Of a stretch of DNA of 55,658 nt, positions 1 through 9,258 are shown piece by piece. Location: contig MGRL01000069.1 of the NCBI GenBank assembly GCA_001798165.1, positions 1 to 55,658 on the forward strand, given 5' to 3'. The notes beneath the pieces were generated by a model. It searched no databases. It worked only from the letters and a program-made list of their open reading frames with translations, and was not told the origin of the DNA. Every line of letters begins with the position of its first letter. The stretch's first letter is position 1. A program made the position numbers and the translations under genes. This DNA is from Deltaproteobacteria bacterium RIFCSPHIGHO2_02_FULL_43_33 (lineage in GTDB: Bacteria > Desulfobacterota > GWC2-55-46 > UBA9637).

Positions 1-774
1 CTTAAACGGCTCCCCAGTGAGCGGCAGACCCTCCTCTTCTCGGCCACCATGCCAGAAGAGATAAAACGTCTTGCCCACGAAACGCTTCGCAATCCGGTTA
101 CCGTGCAGGTGGGGAGCGGTTCTCCTGCGGTTACCGTGAGCCATGCAATCTACCCTGTTTCAGAGCATCTCAAAACCGGTCTGCTCCTTGAGTTGTTGCA
201 TCATACGGATACCGAATCGGTGCTGGTCTTTACCCGCACCAAACACCGTGCCAAGCGTCTCGGAGAACAGCTCGGCAAGGCTGGTTACAAAGCGGCCTCG
301 CTTCAAGGGAACCTTTCCCAATACCGGCGCCAGGCGGCTTTGGACGGGTTTCGCGACGGCACATTCCAGATATTGGTTGCGACAGATATTGCCGCGCGCG
401 GCATAGATGTCTCGCAGATTTCTCATGTCATAAACTTTGATATACCCAATACAGCCGAGGCATACATCCACCGCATAGGCAGGACAGGCCGCGCTGCCAG
501 AAGCGGCGACGCCTTCACCCTTGTGACATCAGAGGACACGGCAATGGTTCGCACCATAGAAAAAGTCCTTCGTTCCCAGCTTGAACGTCGGACTATCGAA
601 AACTTCAACTACAAAGCCCCTGCGCCCCATAAGGAACATTCGATGGCAAGGCCGGCTTTCCGGCCAGCCGCAAAAAAGACAGGCGCGCCTTCTCATGCAC
701 GGCATAAATCCCGCCCTGCAACCCAAGGTTCGGGCGCGCATAGGCGACGCTTCAAAGGTTCGCGTTCAGCGTGA
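1..774 (+). CDS. DEAD-box RNA helicase (RhlE-like), 5'-truncated by the window edge
   Basis: Frame is open from base 1 (LKRLPSERQTLLFSATMP, motif III SAT); also LVFTRTK, LVATDIAARGID, YIHRIGRTGRA and a basic disordered C-tail. Confidence 0.93.
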   Translation, partial: LKRLPSERQTLLFSATMPEEIKRLAHETLRNPVTVQVGSGSPAVTVSHAIYPVSEHLKTGLLLELLHHTDTESVLVFTRTKHRAKRLGEQLGKAGYKAASLQGNLSQYRRQAALDGFRDGTFQILVATDIAARGIDVSQISHVINFDIPNTAEAYIHRIGRTGRAARSGDAFTLVTSEDTAMVRTIEKVLRSQLERRTIENFNYKAPAPHKEHSMARPAFRPAAKKTGAPSHARHKSRPATQGSGAHRRRFKGSRSA

Positions 775-835
775 TGAGTAGCGCCTTCCGAATCGGATTG
801 CTTATTGCCTGATATTGACAAAATAGGAAAAGAGA

Positions 836-878
836 TGGGTGAAAGCCTGTGGGGGTTAGAGTTCCCCCTTCGGCACCA
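836..878 (+). pseudogene. Degenerate 3' half of a long-variable-arm tRNA (tRNA-Leu-like); possible att-site scar
   Basis: TGGGTGAAAGCCTGT-GGGGGTTAGAGTTCCCC-CTTCGGCACCA reads as variable arm, T-arm (GTTCGA mutated to GTTAGA), acceptor 3' strand and CCA; no D-arm or anticodon arm upstream. Confidence 0.7.
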
Positions 879-930
879 AGTTGTTTTGATAACCGTGAAC
901 GGTAAACTGTGAAAATCGGCTTTTAACAGT

Positions 931-1956
931 TTACAATCCTGTATTCTCCCTAACTTTTTTCATCAGCTCTTTAAATTTTTCATCCCCTCTGCCTTCCAAA
1001 AGCTTGATATTATTTTTGCCGCTGCCTATTCCACGGCTAACAGCAGTTGCAATCTGTTTTTGTTCCCATATATCCTTTTCTGCAACCATCTTCCATTTGC
1101 CAAATGACTTTATTATGCCGAGACCTACTGCGTCAGCAGCCACCCTATCGCCGCTTGCAATGATAAGGTTTGTATTTGCAGCCGTCCCTTCCCATGGCCC
1201 GCCTTCTATCATAGATACCGTGCCGTCAACGATATTAAGGTCTGGCGCATAAGCAACATTAAACTCTGCCACTATCTCTTCCCAGTGGCTTGAATCTATA
1301 AGGTAAGGCCTTTGCTTAAGATGGGTGCAACCGATAAAATTTTTGAGGGTTATGGAATAGGAGGCAGACCTGTGCGTCTTTATGACTGGAAGATTGATTA
1401 TAATATCGGTCTTATAGAGCCACTCGGTAACATAGGCTGTCTTGATATATTGATTGCGGGGAAGTTCAACCTCTATCCATGCATAATCCTCAAAGATGAT
1501 GACCTCTGCCCCATTCTCTTCAGCAGCCTTTTTTATTCCATTGTTTTTCATATTCCTTAGAGTAGATAGTGTTGCCAAGGCAGACATATCTCCCACATAA
1601 ATCTTGGCCGCACCATACTCATAGAGGAGTTTAACTACAGCGCCTACAACCTGCGGATTGGTTGTTGCAGGATGAGGCTCTCCTGAGACTACATTCGGTT
1701 TTACAAGCGCTATTTTACCCTTTATATTCAGTTTCTCAAAACCGCCTATGAGGGAAACGGCATCTTTAATCATGCCTTTTACATCACTGCCGCCGGCTAC
1801 GCCTATTAGGGTATAATTTCCTTCTGTAAAGAGATTTTCACAGAGCCTTGGCAGGGATTTCTTTTTGGGTTTGAAAAAGATTTGCGCCATTGCAGACTTA
1901 TTCCATAAAAAGAGGAAGAACAAAATCAGACTAATAAAATTTCGCCGGGAAAACAT
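931..1956 (-). CDS. DUF362 domain protein with possible Tat signal peptide
   Basis: LVKPN, TTNPQVV, INLPVIKTH, SITLKNFIG, GDRVAADA; N-terminal SRRNFISL followed by a hydrophobic stretch; start placed at MFSRR. Confidence 0.8.
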   Translation of the reverse strand: MFSRRNFISLILFFLFLWNKSAMAQIFFKPKKKSLPRLCENLFTEGNYTLIGVAGGSDVKGMIKDAVSLIGGFEKLNIKGKIALVKPNVVSGEPHPATTNPQVVGAVVKLLYEYGAAKIYVGDMSALATLSTLRNMKNNGIKKAAEENGAEVIIFEDYAWIEVELPRNQYIKTAYVTEWLYKTDIIINLPVIKTHRSASYSITLKNFIGCTHLKQRPYLIDSSHWEEIVAEFNVAYAPDLNIVDGTVSMIEGGPWEGTAANTNLIIASGDRVAADAVGLGIIKSFGKWKMVAEKDIWEQKQIATAVSRGIGSGKNNIKLLEGRGDEKFKELMKKVRENTGL

Positions 1957-1960
1957 ATAA

Positions 1961-2036
1961 TTACAGGATATAGGCAATGGGCGAGAGATGATAGGAAAAC
2001 CTATAGCCTATTGCCCATAACCCCTTGCCTGTCTTT
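1961..2036. repeat. Head-to-head heptamer array (GGCWATR type)
   Basis: ACAGGATATAGGCAATGGGCG...CCTATAGCCTATTGCCCATAACCCCTTGCCTGTCTTT. Confidence 0.7.
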
Positions 2037-2037
2037 T

Positions 2038-2236
2038 ACCCAAAAAATGCAGTTGCATTTTTTGGCAAACGCAATCTTTGGCCAAATACTGCGTCATCCG
2101 CCAAAGGCGAACCGGCTGTCCAAATACTCACATACTTAAAACAGTATGCTCCGTTTTGTCCAGCCAGTTTTTCCTTGTCTTCGGCTCAAATCTTGCGTTT
2201 GCCCCGAAAAATAAAAACCAAATGCATTTTTCGGGT
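2038..2236. mobile_element. MITE family A, copy 1
   Basis: Terminal IR ACCCAAAAAATGCA...TGCATTTTTCGGGT; second copy at 7079-7264. Confidence 0.8.
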
Positions 2237-2983
2237 TTATCTATTTATTAAACTTGCCGCATACCCAGCCCCAAACCCGTTATCTATATTAACAACGGTA
2301 ACTCCGGCTGCGCATGAATTTAACATGGCCAGAAGTGTGGTAAGGCCGCCGAGGTTTGCGCCATAGCCAATACTGGTCGGGACAGCAATAACAGGTCTTG
2401 AAACAAGGCCGCCCACTACAGAGGGCAGCGCACCTTCCATGCCGGCAACAACAACAAGGACATTTGCTGCAAAAAGCTTTTCCTTCTTGTGAAGCAGTCT
2501 GTGAATACCCGCAACGCCGACATCGTAGAGCCTTTCCACCTTGTTGCCCATTGCCTCGGCTGTTACAGCAGCTTCTTCTGCCACAGGTGTATCTGAAGTT
2601 CCGGCGCAGATAACCAGAATAGCGCCTTTGCCGATTATTTCTATTGGATGGGATTTAATAAATATAGTATTTGCAATTTCATTATATGCCGCCTTGGGGA
2701 AAGCCCTTTTTATGGCTTTAGCCTTCGCCTCATCTACACGCGTTACAAGGATATTCTCTTTTCTCTCCTTCATTTTTTTTACTATGCCTGCAATTTGCGT
2801 AGAACTTTTCCCCTGGCCGAGTATAACCTCTGGAAATCCTTGCCGCAAGGAACGATGGGTGTCCAAAGTGGCAAAACCCATCTCCTCAAAAGGGAGCGTT
2901 TTTAATGCCTCCAACGCACCATGAGTGTCTACCTTCCCCCTTTTTATGTCAGTTATGAGTTTTTTTAATATTTCAATATTCAT
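2237..2983 (-). CDS. larB: Nickel pincer cofactor biosynthesis protein LarB (PurE-like fold)
   Basis: DTHRSLRQGFPEVI, AGTSD, DVGVAGIHRL, AGMEGAL, PVIAVPTSIGYG, VVNIDNGFGA. Confidence 0.92.
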   Translation of the reverse strand: MNIEILKKLITDIKRGKVDTHGALEALKTLPFEEMGFATLDTHRSLRQGFPEVILGQGKSSTQIAGIVKKMKERKENILVTRVDEAKAKAIKRAFPKAAYNEIANTIFIKSHPIEIIGKGAILVICAGTSDTPVAEEAAVTAEAMGNKVERLYDVGVAGIHRLLHKKEKLFAANVLVVVAGMEGALPSVVGGLVSRPVIAVPTSIGYGANLGGLTTLLAMLNSCAAGVTVVNIDNGFGAGYAASLINR

Positions 2984-2996
2984 ATGTTGGAAATGT

Positions 2997-3099
2997 TATA
3001 GCGAAAGCAATAAATAACTTGTAGGGCAAGCCTTTAGGCTTGCTTATTTGCAGGGCTAAAGCCCTGCCCTACGTCAAGTTATTTATTGCCGTTAGTATA
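2997..3099. repeat. GTAG-family REP doublet (REPIN-like) with outer IR, family C copy 1
   Basis: GCAATAAATAACTT-GTAGGGCAAGCC...GCCCTGCCCTAC-GTCAAGTTATTTATTGC; near-identical copy at 34204-34308. Confidence 0.85.
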
Positions 3100-3226
3100 G
3101 AGGTATGAGGTTTGAGGCCGAAAGATAAAGTTAGAGGTTGGAGGATAGAGGTTGGAGGCAAATGTTTCTGCCTCAAACCTCAGACCTCCAACTTCTTTTG
3201 CCTTTGTCCTCCTCCCTCCAACCTCA
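3098..3226. repeat. Head-to-head heptamer array (GAGGTTN / NAACCTC type)
   Basis: GAGGTAT GAGGTTT GAGG...GAGGTTG GAGGATA GAGGTTG GAGG followed by CCTCAAA CCTCAGA CCTCCAA. Confidence 0.8.
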
Positions 3227-4810
3227 AGCAATAAGCGCCGCAGGGTCAATCAAAAATACGGGTCTCCCATCTCCAAGCACAGTAACACCTATAATGCCAT
3301 GCATTCGTGTCATGGGCTGGGACAGCGGCCTTATGTATGCATCTATCTCACCTTCAAAATCATCAACCATTATCCCTGATAATTTATCCTTTACATCAAT
3401 GATAATGGTGGGAATAATATCTCTCTCTGCGATAGCCGGTATCCTCAAGGCGCCCCTCAAATCTACAAGCGGCACTTCTGCATCGTTATATATAAAATAA
3501 GGTTTAGGCCTGCCATTTTTTATTTCATTCTTATTTAAATCCATCACCTTCATCACCTTTGATATGGGCAAGGCAAAAAGCTCTTCGCCAAGAGACACCA
3601 AGAGGACTTTTATTATAGATATCGTTACGGGCAGCTCAAGAATAATCTTTGTGCCTTTGCTTGGATAAGAATCTATCTCCACCCTTCCGCCTATTGATTC
3701 AATGTTTCCTTTTACAACATCCATACCCACCCCCCTGCCTGATGTCTCTGTAACCTCTTTTGCCAGGCTTAACCCAGGTATGCAAACAAGCATGAGAAGC
3801 TCTTTGTCTGACATACCGTTTAATCTATCTTCAGGAAACCCGAATTTTTTAGCCTTTTCTTTTACTGTATTAATATCTATCCCTTTCCCATCATCTATTA
3901 TTTCTATTAATATATTGTCTCTTTGCCTGGCGACAGCAATAGTTATGCGCCCCTTTGAAGATTTGCCCACCCGCTGTCTCTCTTCCGGTGTTTCTATGCC
4001 ATGGTCAACAGCATTTCTTATAATATGGACAAGCGGGTCAGTTATGTGCTCCAACACAGCCCTGTCAAGCCTTACATCGCTGCCTTGTATTATCAACTCT
4101 ACATCCTTTCCTCCCTTTCTGCACATATCTCTTACTATACGCGGCAAATTCTGGGTCAGGTCTTCAAAGGGTATCATTCTGGCTGTTATAACTGCATGAT
4201 TGAGGCTTTCTATGGTCCTGCCGAGCAGATGCACAGCCTCCTGAAATTCCGCAGGATAAGAATGTGATGCAAGCTCCTTGAGGTGAGAGCCGACTGTAAA
4301 AAGCTCTCCTACGGTACCCATAAGATTATCAAAGACCTTACCCTCCACCTTCATGACCGTGGGAAGGCTGAGCTTTGCGGCAGAGATTGGAACTGAGGCC
4401 TGTTGTGAATTGCTTGAAGAAGTTTCCTTTTCCTCAGTTAAAATGGCCTTAACCCTTGAGAGTATTTGACCGGTATCAACATTAAGCGGCTTATCCTCTT
4501 CAATCATTTTTACAAATACCCGCAGGGTGTCTGAACCGTTGATAAACATATCTATAATTTGCTGGCTTAGGGCTATTCTTTTTTTTCTTACGGCATCCAA
4601 GACATCTTCCAGTTTATGGCTAAAGGACGCCAGATTTTCATACCCCATTGATGCTGCCATTCCCTTGATTGAGTGAAAATGCCTGAAGAGGTTATCTACG
4701 ATAGCAGTGTCATCAGGTTTTTGCTCCAAATGGAGCAATTCTGTGCTGATTCCCTGCAGATGTTCTTCTGTTTCTTGAAGGAAGAGCGCTTTATATTGGG
4801 ATGTGTCCAT
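3224..4810 (-). CDS. cheA: Chemotaxis histidine kinase CheA (DifE-like, no obvious P2 domain)
   Basis: Hpt LFRHFHSIKGMA; HIIRNAVDHGIE, DDGKGID, SGRGVGMDVV; C-terminal CheW domain. Confidence 0.93.
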   Translation of the reverse strand: MDTSQYKALFLQETEEHLQGISTELLHLEQKPDDTAIVDNLFRHFHSIKGMAASMGYENLASFSHKLEDVLDAVRKKRIALSQQIIDMFINGSDTLRVFVKMIEEDKPLNVDTGQILSRVKAILTEEKETSSSNSQQASVPISAAKLSLPTVMKVEGKVFDNLMGTVGELFTVGSHLKELASHSYPAEFQEAVHLLGRTIESLNHAVITARMIPFEDLTQNLPRIVRDMCRKGGKDVELIIQGSDVRLDRAVLEHITDPLVHIIRNAVDHGIETPEERQRVGKSSKGRITIAVARQRDNILIEIIDDGKGIDINTVKEKAKKFGFPEDRLNGMSDKELLMLVCIPGLSLAKEVTETSGRGVGMDVVKGNIESIGGRVEIDSYPSKGTKIILELPVTISIIKVLLVSLGEELFALPISKVMKVMDLNKNEIKNGRPKPYFIYNDAEVPLVDLRGALRIPAIAERDIIPTIIIDVKDKLSGIMVDDFEGEIDAYIRPLSQPMTRMHGIIGVTVLGDGRPVFLIDPAALIA

Positions 4811-4867
4811 AAAAAAAGATGGTAGGAAGCAGGCGCTATGCAGCAGGCAGTTACTGCATACTCCTCA

Positions 4868-5347
4868 CTACCTACTGCTTATTGCCTTCTGTATTTCTTC
4901 CATTATAGTCTGCCAGTCAAGCAGCCGTATCTTTTTCCCAGAGAGATCAATAAAGCCGAGGGTGTAATTTTCATTTGACGGCTTAAATTCAAGATTAGCA
5001 AGCTCTTCCTTCCAAAGGAAAGACAGCTCTCGTTTGCCAACATATATGCCGAGGGTTGCAGCATCCTTTTTGATAATTGCGATTTTATACGGCCTTTCTT
5101 CCTGAGCCGGCGGCAGCCCAAGTAAATTTTCAAGGCCAATTACAATTATAACCTCACCGCGCTGCGTTATAACCCCTTTAATAAGCCTCCGCTTTTCTGA
5201 AGGCAAGGCAGCATGAATAGATGGCAGGAGATGTAATCGGTTCGCCTCTACAATTCCAACTACCATATTTGCCTCTACAGCAAATGTTTCTCTGCCTATA
5301 TCCATAAGCAGTTTGTCATTTTCTTTAATGGCAGTTGGAAGAGTCAT
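4868..5347 (-). CDS. cheW: CheW-like coupling protein
   Basis: Lies between the MCP and CheA; IKGVITQRGEVIIVIGLENLLG resembles the CheW core; start placed at MTLPT. Confidence 0.7.
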   Translation of the reverse strand: MTLPTAIKENDKLLMDIGRETFAVEANMVVGIVEANRLHLLPSIHAALPSEKRRLIKGVITQRGEVIIVIGLENLLGLPPAQEERPYKIAIIKKDAATLGIYVGKRELSFLWKEELANLEFKPSNENYTLGFIDLSGKKIRLLDWQTIMEEIQKAISSR

Positions 5348-5368
5348 ACAGTCTTTTCTGTTAACGTT

Positions 5369-5451
5369 ATGCAGAGCGCCATAACTTCGCATACCTGCGT
5401 TGCTCCTCGCTTTCGTCGCGCCTTGGTCTGCTGTGTTCTGACGCTCTGTAT
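5369..5451. repeat. Small degenerate inverted-repeat element
   Basis: ATGCAGAGCGCCATAAC...GTTCTGACGCTCTGTAT, a 17-bp IR with 3 mismatches; internal TGCGTTG...GCGCCTTG core. Confidence 0.55.
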
Positions 5452-5461
5452 GCTGCTCTAT

Positions 5462-6790
5462 TTATGTCGTTGTGTATAATTTCTCAGCTTCATCCTGAGG
5501 GAAAATGGCAACCTCACTTTTATCTACTTTAAAATGTGCAACTACTTTATCTAATTCCCCGGAAAGCTCTGACAGCCTTTTGGCAGAGGAAACTAATTCT
5601 TCCATTGATGCCCTGTGATCATCAACCACCTTATCTACCTCTTCGGTAACTGAGACGCTTTCTCTCGCTATGCCTGCAATCTGGTCTGTCAGTTTGGCTG
5701 ATGTTTCTGCCCCCTCTTTTTGCCTCTGGGTAAGAGCAAGAACAGTTCCTGCCTTATCTGCAACCTCTGATGTAAATGCGCCAATTTCATCTAACGTCCC
5801 CCGCACTCTATTGATATCCTCCCGCCCTTCATGAGTAAAGGTTGCGCTCTCTGACGCAGAGTTTACCAATCGCTCCACCTCTCCCTTTATTTCTTTGATT
5901 ATTAAAGCAACATCTGCTACAGAATGATTGGTATTGTCGGCAAATCTACGCACCTCCTCTGCAACTATCGCAAAACCTCTGCCATGCTCGCCTGCCTTAG
6001 ATGCCTCTATGGTTGCATTCAGGGCAAGCAGGTCTGTCTGCCTTGCTATATGGGTAATTACATCCAGTATCTTCGGGATATTATTTATCTTTTCTTCAAG
6101 GCTGACAACCATATCCTTTGTATAATCCACACCTTGAAGAAGGGATTCCATCTTTTTCAGCGCAGATGTAGATATAACAACGCTTTTTTGAACAACAGAC
6201 CTTGTTTGAGACGCCGCTGCTGCCATATCAGTTACCTTTTCAGACACCTCATCAGACATCTTTGCCATATCCCTTACTGTCTTTGAGGCATTTTCCAGAT
6301 GCCCAGCCTGCTCCAAAGCGCCTTCAAATATCTTTGCAGTGCCGTTGCTTATATCTTCCGTAGTCTTATGTCCTTTTGTTACCACGGTATTCAATGTTTC
6401 AGCAGCCTCATAGAGATTTGTTGAGGCATCTTTTATGTGACCTACAAGACCTTTAAGACTTTTGAGCATAGTGTTTAAGGCTAAGGCAAGTTCAGTAGAC
6501 TCATCTTCAACTAATTTGCCATTGGCGCCTATGCCATCCGGTCTTGTAAGGTCGCCGCCGCTTATATCGTTTGCTAATTCAGTAAGTTCGCTAAAACCCT
6601 TTGTAAGGCTTCTGCTAAAAATGGCGCCCAGTATCAGCCCGATAACGATGGCCATTAAGAAGCTCAGCGGCTCCCTTAACCACTCCACAATATCAAATTT
6701 TTGAACAATTCGGGGAGCAAATGCGGCTGTTCCAACAACAAACAAAAACCCGATAATAAACTTATAACCCATCTGGACTCTTATCTTCAC
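5462..6790 (-). CDS. Methyl-accepting chemotaxis protein (DifA-like topology)
   Basis: Two N-terminal TM helices with a very short loop, HAMP domain, IARQTDLLALNATIEASKAGEHGRGFAIVAEEVR; GTG start with AGGAGG upstream. Confidence 0.92.
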   Translation of the reverse strand: MKIRVQMGYKFIIGFLFVVGTAAFAPRIVQKFDIVEWLREPLSFLMAIVIGLILGAIFSRSLTKGFSELTELANDISGGDLTRPDGIGANGKLVEDESTELALALNTMLKSLKGLVGHIKDASTNLYEAAETLNTVVTKGHKTTEDISNGTAKIFEGALEQAGHLENASKTVRDMAKMSDEVSEKVTDMAAAASQTRSVVQKSVVISTSALKKMESLLQGVDYTKDMVVSLEEKINNIPKILDVITHIARQTDLLALNATIEASKAGEHGRGFAIVAEEVRRFADNTNHSVADVALIIKEIKGEVERLVNSASESATFTHEGREDINRVRGTLDEIGAFTSEVADKAGTVLALTQRQKEGAETSAKLTDQIAGIARESVSVTEEVDKVVDDHRASMEELVSSAKRLSELSGELDKVVAHFKVDKSEVAIFPQDEAEKLYTTT

Positions 6791-6934
6791 TCTGTTAGAC
6801 CTCCTTTCACCTCATTAGCATTAGAAGGTTCACCCGTGAGAAGCGCCATATTTCGGCAAGCAAATATTTTTGGACAATGGTGAGTTCTAACGGAGTTCAC
6901 GCCGCTTCTTTTGAGTTTTTTCCTTACCTATTAA

Positions 6935-7075
6935 CAGTTTGTTGAAAAACTCAACAAACTCCGATTACACGGATAAAAGATTAGATTTCACAGATTAAAA
7001 CCCATTGAAATATCTGTGTAATCGTTTTTCCTAATCTGTGTAATCAAGGCTGTTGATGCCTTTTTCAACAGCCTG
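6935..7075. mobile_element. MITE family B, copy 1 (141 bp, TTAA target duplication)
   Basis: CAGTTTGTTGAAAAA...TTTTTCAACAGCCTG ends with TTAA on both flanks; copies at 24846 and 30388. Confidence 0.9.
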
Positions 7076-7078
7076 TTA

Positions 7079-7264
7079 ACCCAAAAATGCAGTTGCATTT
7101 TTAGGCAACCGCAATATTTTGTCAAATACTGCGTCAAATCAGGCTGTCCAAATACTCACATACGTAAAGGAGTATGCTCCGTTTTGTCCAGCCTGCCTTT
7201 CCTTGTCTTTGAGCAAAATCTTGCGGTTGTCCCGAAAAATAAAAACCAAATGCATTTTTCGGGC
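7079..7264. mobile_element. MITE family A, copy 2
   Basis: Same ends and body as 2038-2236; abuts MITE B copy 1. Confidence 0.8.
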
Positions 7265-7425
7265 TAACCCAATTATAGGGATAAAAAGTTTACCTGTCAA
7301 CACTTGATATAAGTTACGCTTTGTATAAGCCCTATTATATCCTGCTGAAGATTTTTTATTGACTCTCTTATATTTTTTTGCTTGAATCTCTTGCAGTATT
7401 ATCACACAAAACGCAACTACTGCCA

Positions 7426-8211
7426 ATGAATACCTTTATAATAACCAAGGTCATCTTATTCCTCCTTTTGCCGCCTTCCAGCTTGATATTGATATTACTC
7501 ATTGGGTTTCTGTTTGCAATAACAAAAAGATATTCCCAAATGGGGAAGATATTCATCTTCGTAGCGCTGCTAACCTCATATCTCCTGAGTATAAGACCGG
7601 TGTCTGACGCACTCATAAAACCGTTAGAATCAAGCTTCCCTCCCTTATCCAAAGTCTCCCTAAACTTGCATAATAAAGAAAAAATAACAATAGTAGTACT
7701 GACAGGGGGGGCAGTAGACCTCGTCTGGCTTAATATACGGCCAGCGCCTTCCAGAGCCTCCCTTGCAAGGCTCATTCATGGAATAATCCTTTATCGTCAA
7801 ATTCCGGATGCTGCCCTTGTTATATCCGGCGGCAGCGGCGATCCTGAATCACCAGATATATCCGAGGCAAATGCCATGAAAGATGTGGCTATATCATTAG
7901 GCATATCAGAAAAAGATATTGTTGTTGAGGGCTGCTCAAAGAACACTGTAGAGAGTGTCAAGGCCTTAAAAGGCATTGTTGAAAACAGGAGTGTAATCCT
8001 TGTCACCTCTGCCTTTCATATGAAAAGGTCTGTAGCAATGTTTAAGAAAATTGGTATGAATGTTATCCCTGCACCAACAGACTATAAAAGCGGACAAAAA
8101 AAGATTACATTCTATTCATTTATCCCTCATGCTGAAAATCTGGAAAAATCATCCACAGCCCTTTATGAATATATGGGACTAACATGGTATAAAATAAGAG
8201 GAGCGATATAA
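7426..8211 (+). CDS. YdcF/ElyC family (DUF218) membrane protein
   Basis: N-terminal TM helices, IVVLTGG, VISGGSG, SKNTVES, ILVTSAFHMKRS, PAPTD. Confidence 0.88.
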   Translation: MNTFIITKVILFLLLPPSSLILILLIGFLFAITKRYSQMGKIFIFVALLTSYLLSIRPVSDALIKPLESSFPPLSKVSLNLHNKEKITIVVLTGGAVDLVWLNIRPAPSRASLARLIHGIILYRQIPDAALVISGGSGDPESPDISEANAMKDVAISLGISEKDIVVEGCSKNTVESVKALKGIVENRSVILVTSAFHMKRSVAMFKKIGMNVIPAPTDYKSGQKKITFYSFIPHAENLEKSSTALYEYMGLTWYKIRGAI

Positions 8212-8254
8212 ATATATCAAACAAAAAGCATACTTATTTAGCCTATAATCAGGC

Positions 8255-8321
8255 TGTTCATATTATGAACAAATCCCTTGACAGATTTTATGGCATTATG
8301 TTATTGTTCATAACATGAACA
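8255..8321 (+). promoter_or_regulatory. Sigma70 promoter bracketed by two palindromic operators TGTTCA-N5-TGAACA
   Basis: Operators at 8255-8271 and 8305-8321; TTGACA at 8278-8283; extended -10 TGtTATTGT at 8299-8307. Confidence 0.75.
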
Positions 8322-8929
8322 ATAAAAACCATCAGGCAGATGATTATCGTTCGTTTCTCCTTCTTGATGAAATATCCAAAAATGATGAAATAACACAACG
8401 CGATCTAAGCAAAAAACTCGGGATTGCCCTTGGCCTTATAAATTCTTACATAAAAAATCTCGCTTCAAAAGGCTATATCACCGTATCCGCCATTCCAAGA
8501 AAACGATACAAATACTATCTTACGCCGGAAGGTTTTATTGAAAAGACCCGTATGACCTATCATCACCTCCAGAACTTTACAAATCTTTATAGGAATGCAC
8601 GGCAAGATTTTCAAAAATTATTCTACAATCTACATAAAGAAAATATTAAAAAGGTTATTTTTTGCGGCACTGACGAGGTGGCTGAAATTGCCTATATTAC
8701 ATTATATGAATTTGATATAGAACTGGTTGCAGTAGTAGATATTGAAAGGCACGAGCAGAAATTCTTTGGTCATTCGCCAATGCTTATACAAGATTTAAAG
8801 GATATAAGCTGCGATAGGGTGATTGTTACCAGCTTTCTAAAAGAAGAAGTGTTGTATTCTGAGCTTTTAAAGGCCGGCGTACCATCTGAAAAAATACTAT
8901 TAAGAGGCAACACAAAGGGGGTTGGTTAA
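8315..8929 (+). CDS. Winged-helix (MarR-like, EPS-associated) transcriptional regulator
   Basis: ITQRDLSKKLGIALGLINSYIKNL...YYLTPEGF; Rossmann-like C-terminal half; heads the glycan cluster. Confidence 0.85.
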   Translation: MNNKNHQADDYRSFLLLDEISKNDEITQRDLSKKLGIALGLINSYIKNLASKGYITVSAIPRKRYKYYLTPEGFIEKTRMTYHHLQNFTNLYRNARQDFQKLFYNLHKENIKKVIFCGTDEVAEIAYITLYEFDIELVAVVDIERHEQKFFGHSPMLIQDLKDISCDRVIVTSFLKEEVLYSELLKAGVPSEKILLRGNTKGVG

Positions 8930-8931
8930 GC

Positions 8932-9234
8932 ATGTTCAATAAGATATTGTTTGCGCTGAGCCTGCTCATTATTACTGTTGTGCCTATTTCTGCCGATGAT
9001 ACTCGTAAGGTTCGCATTGGAAAACTCAATATCAATGAGGCATCCATGCAGGATTTTTCATTATTGCCGGGCATATCTGAAAAAGACGCCTATGCAATTA
9101 TTGAATATAGCAAGAAAAACAAAGGCTTTAAGAAAATAGAGGAGATTAAATTGGCCGGTATATCTAAAGAAAAATTTGAGGAGATAAATGGCCTTATAAC
9201 AATCATAGAACTCAAATCTACAAAAAAATCTTGA
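8932..9234 (+). CDS. ComEA-like helix-hairpin-helix protein with signal peptide
   Basis: KLNINEAS...LPGISEKDAYAIIEY...GF...AGISKEKFE. Confidence 0.75.
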   Translation: MFNKILFALSLLIITVVPISADDTRKVRIGKLNINEASMQDFSLLPGISEKDAYAIIEYSKKNKGFKKIEEIKLAGISKEKFEEINGLITIIELKSTKKS

Positions 9235-9258
9235 AAAATATGGCGCAAGGAGAAATGT

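Noticed and set aside
2025-2366. 113-aa ORF and its counterparts near 7119-7426
   Set aside because: They are translations of the MITE A copies, which explains their mutual similarity.
6789-6896. ACTCTGTTAGA...TCTAACGGAGT inverted repeat over the MCP start as a regulatory switch
   Set aside because: Short, imperfect and single-copy here; more likely a decayed MITE end and not supportable further.
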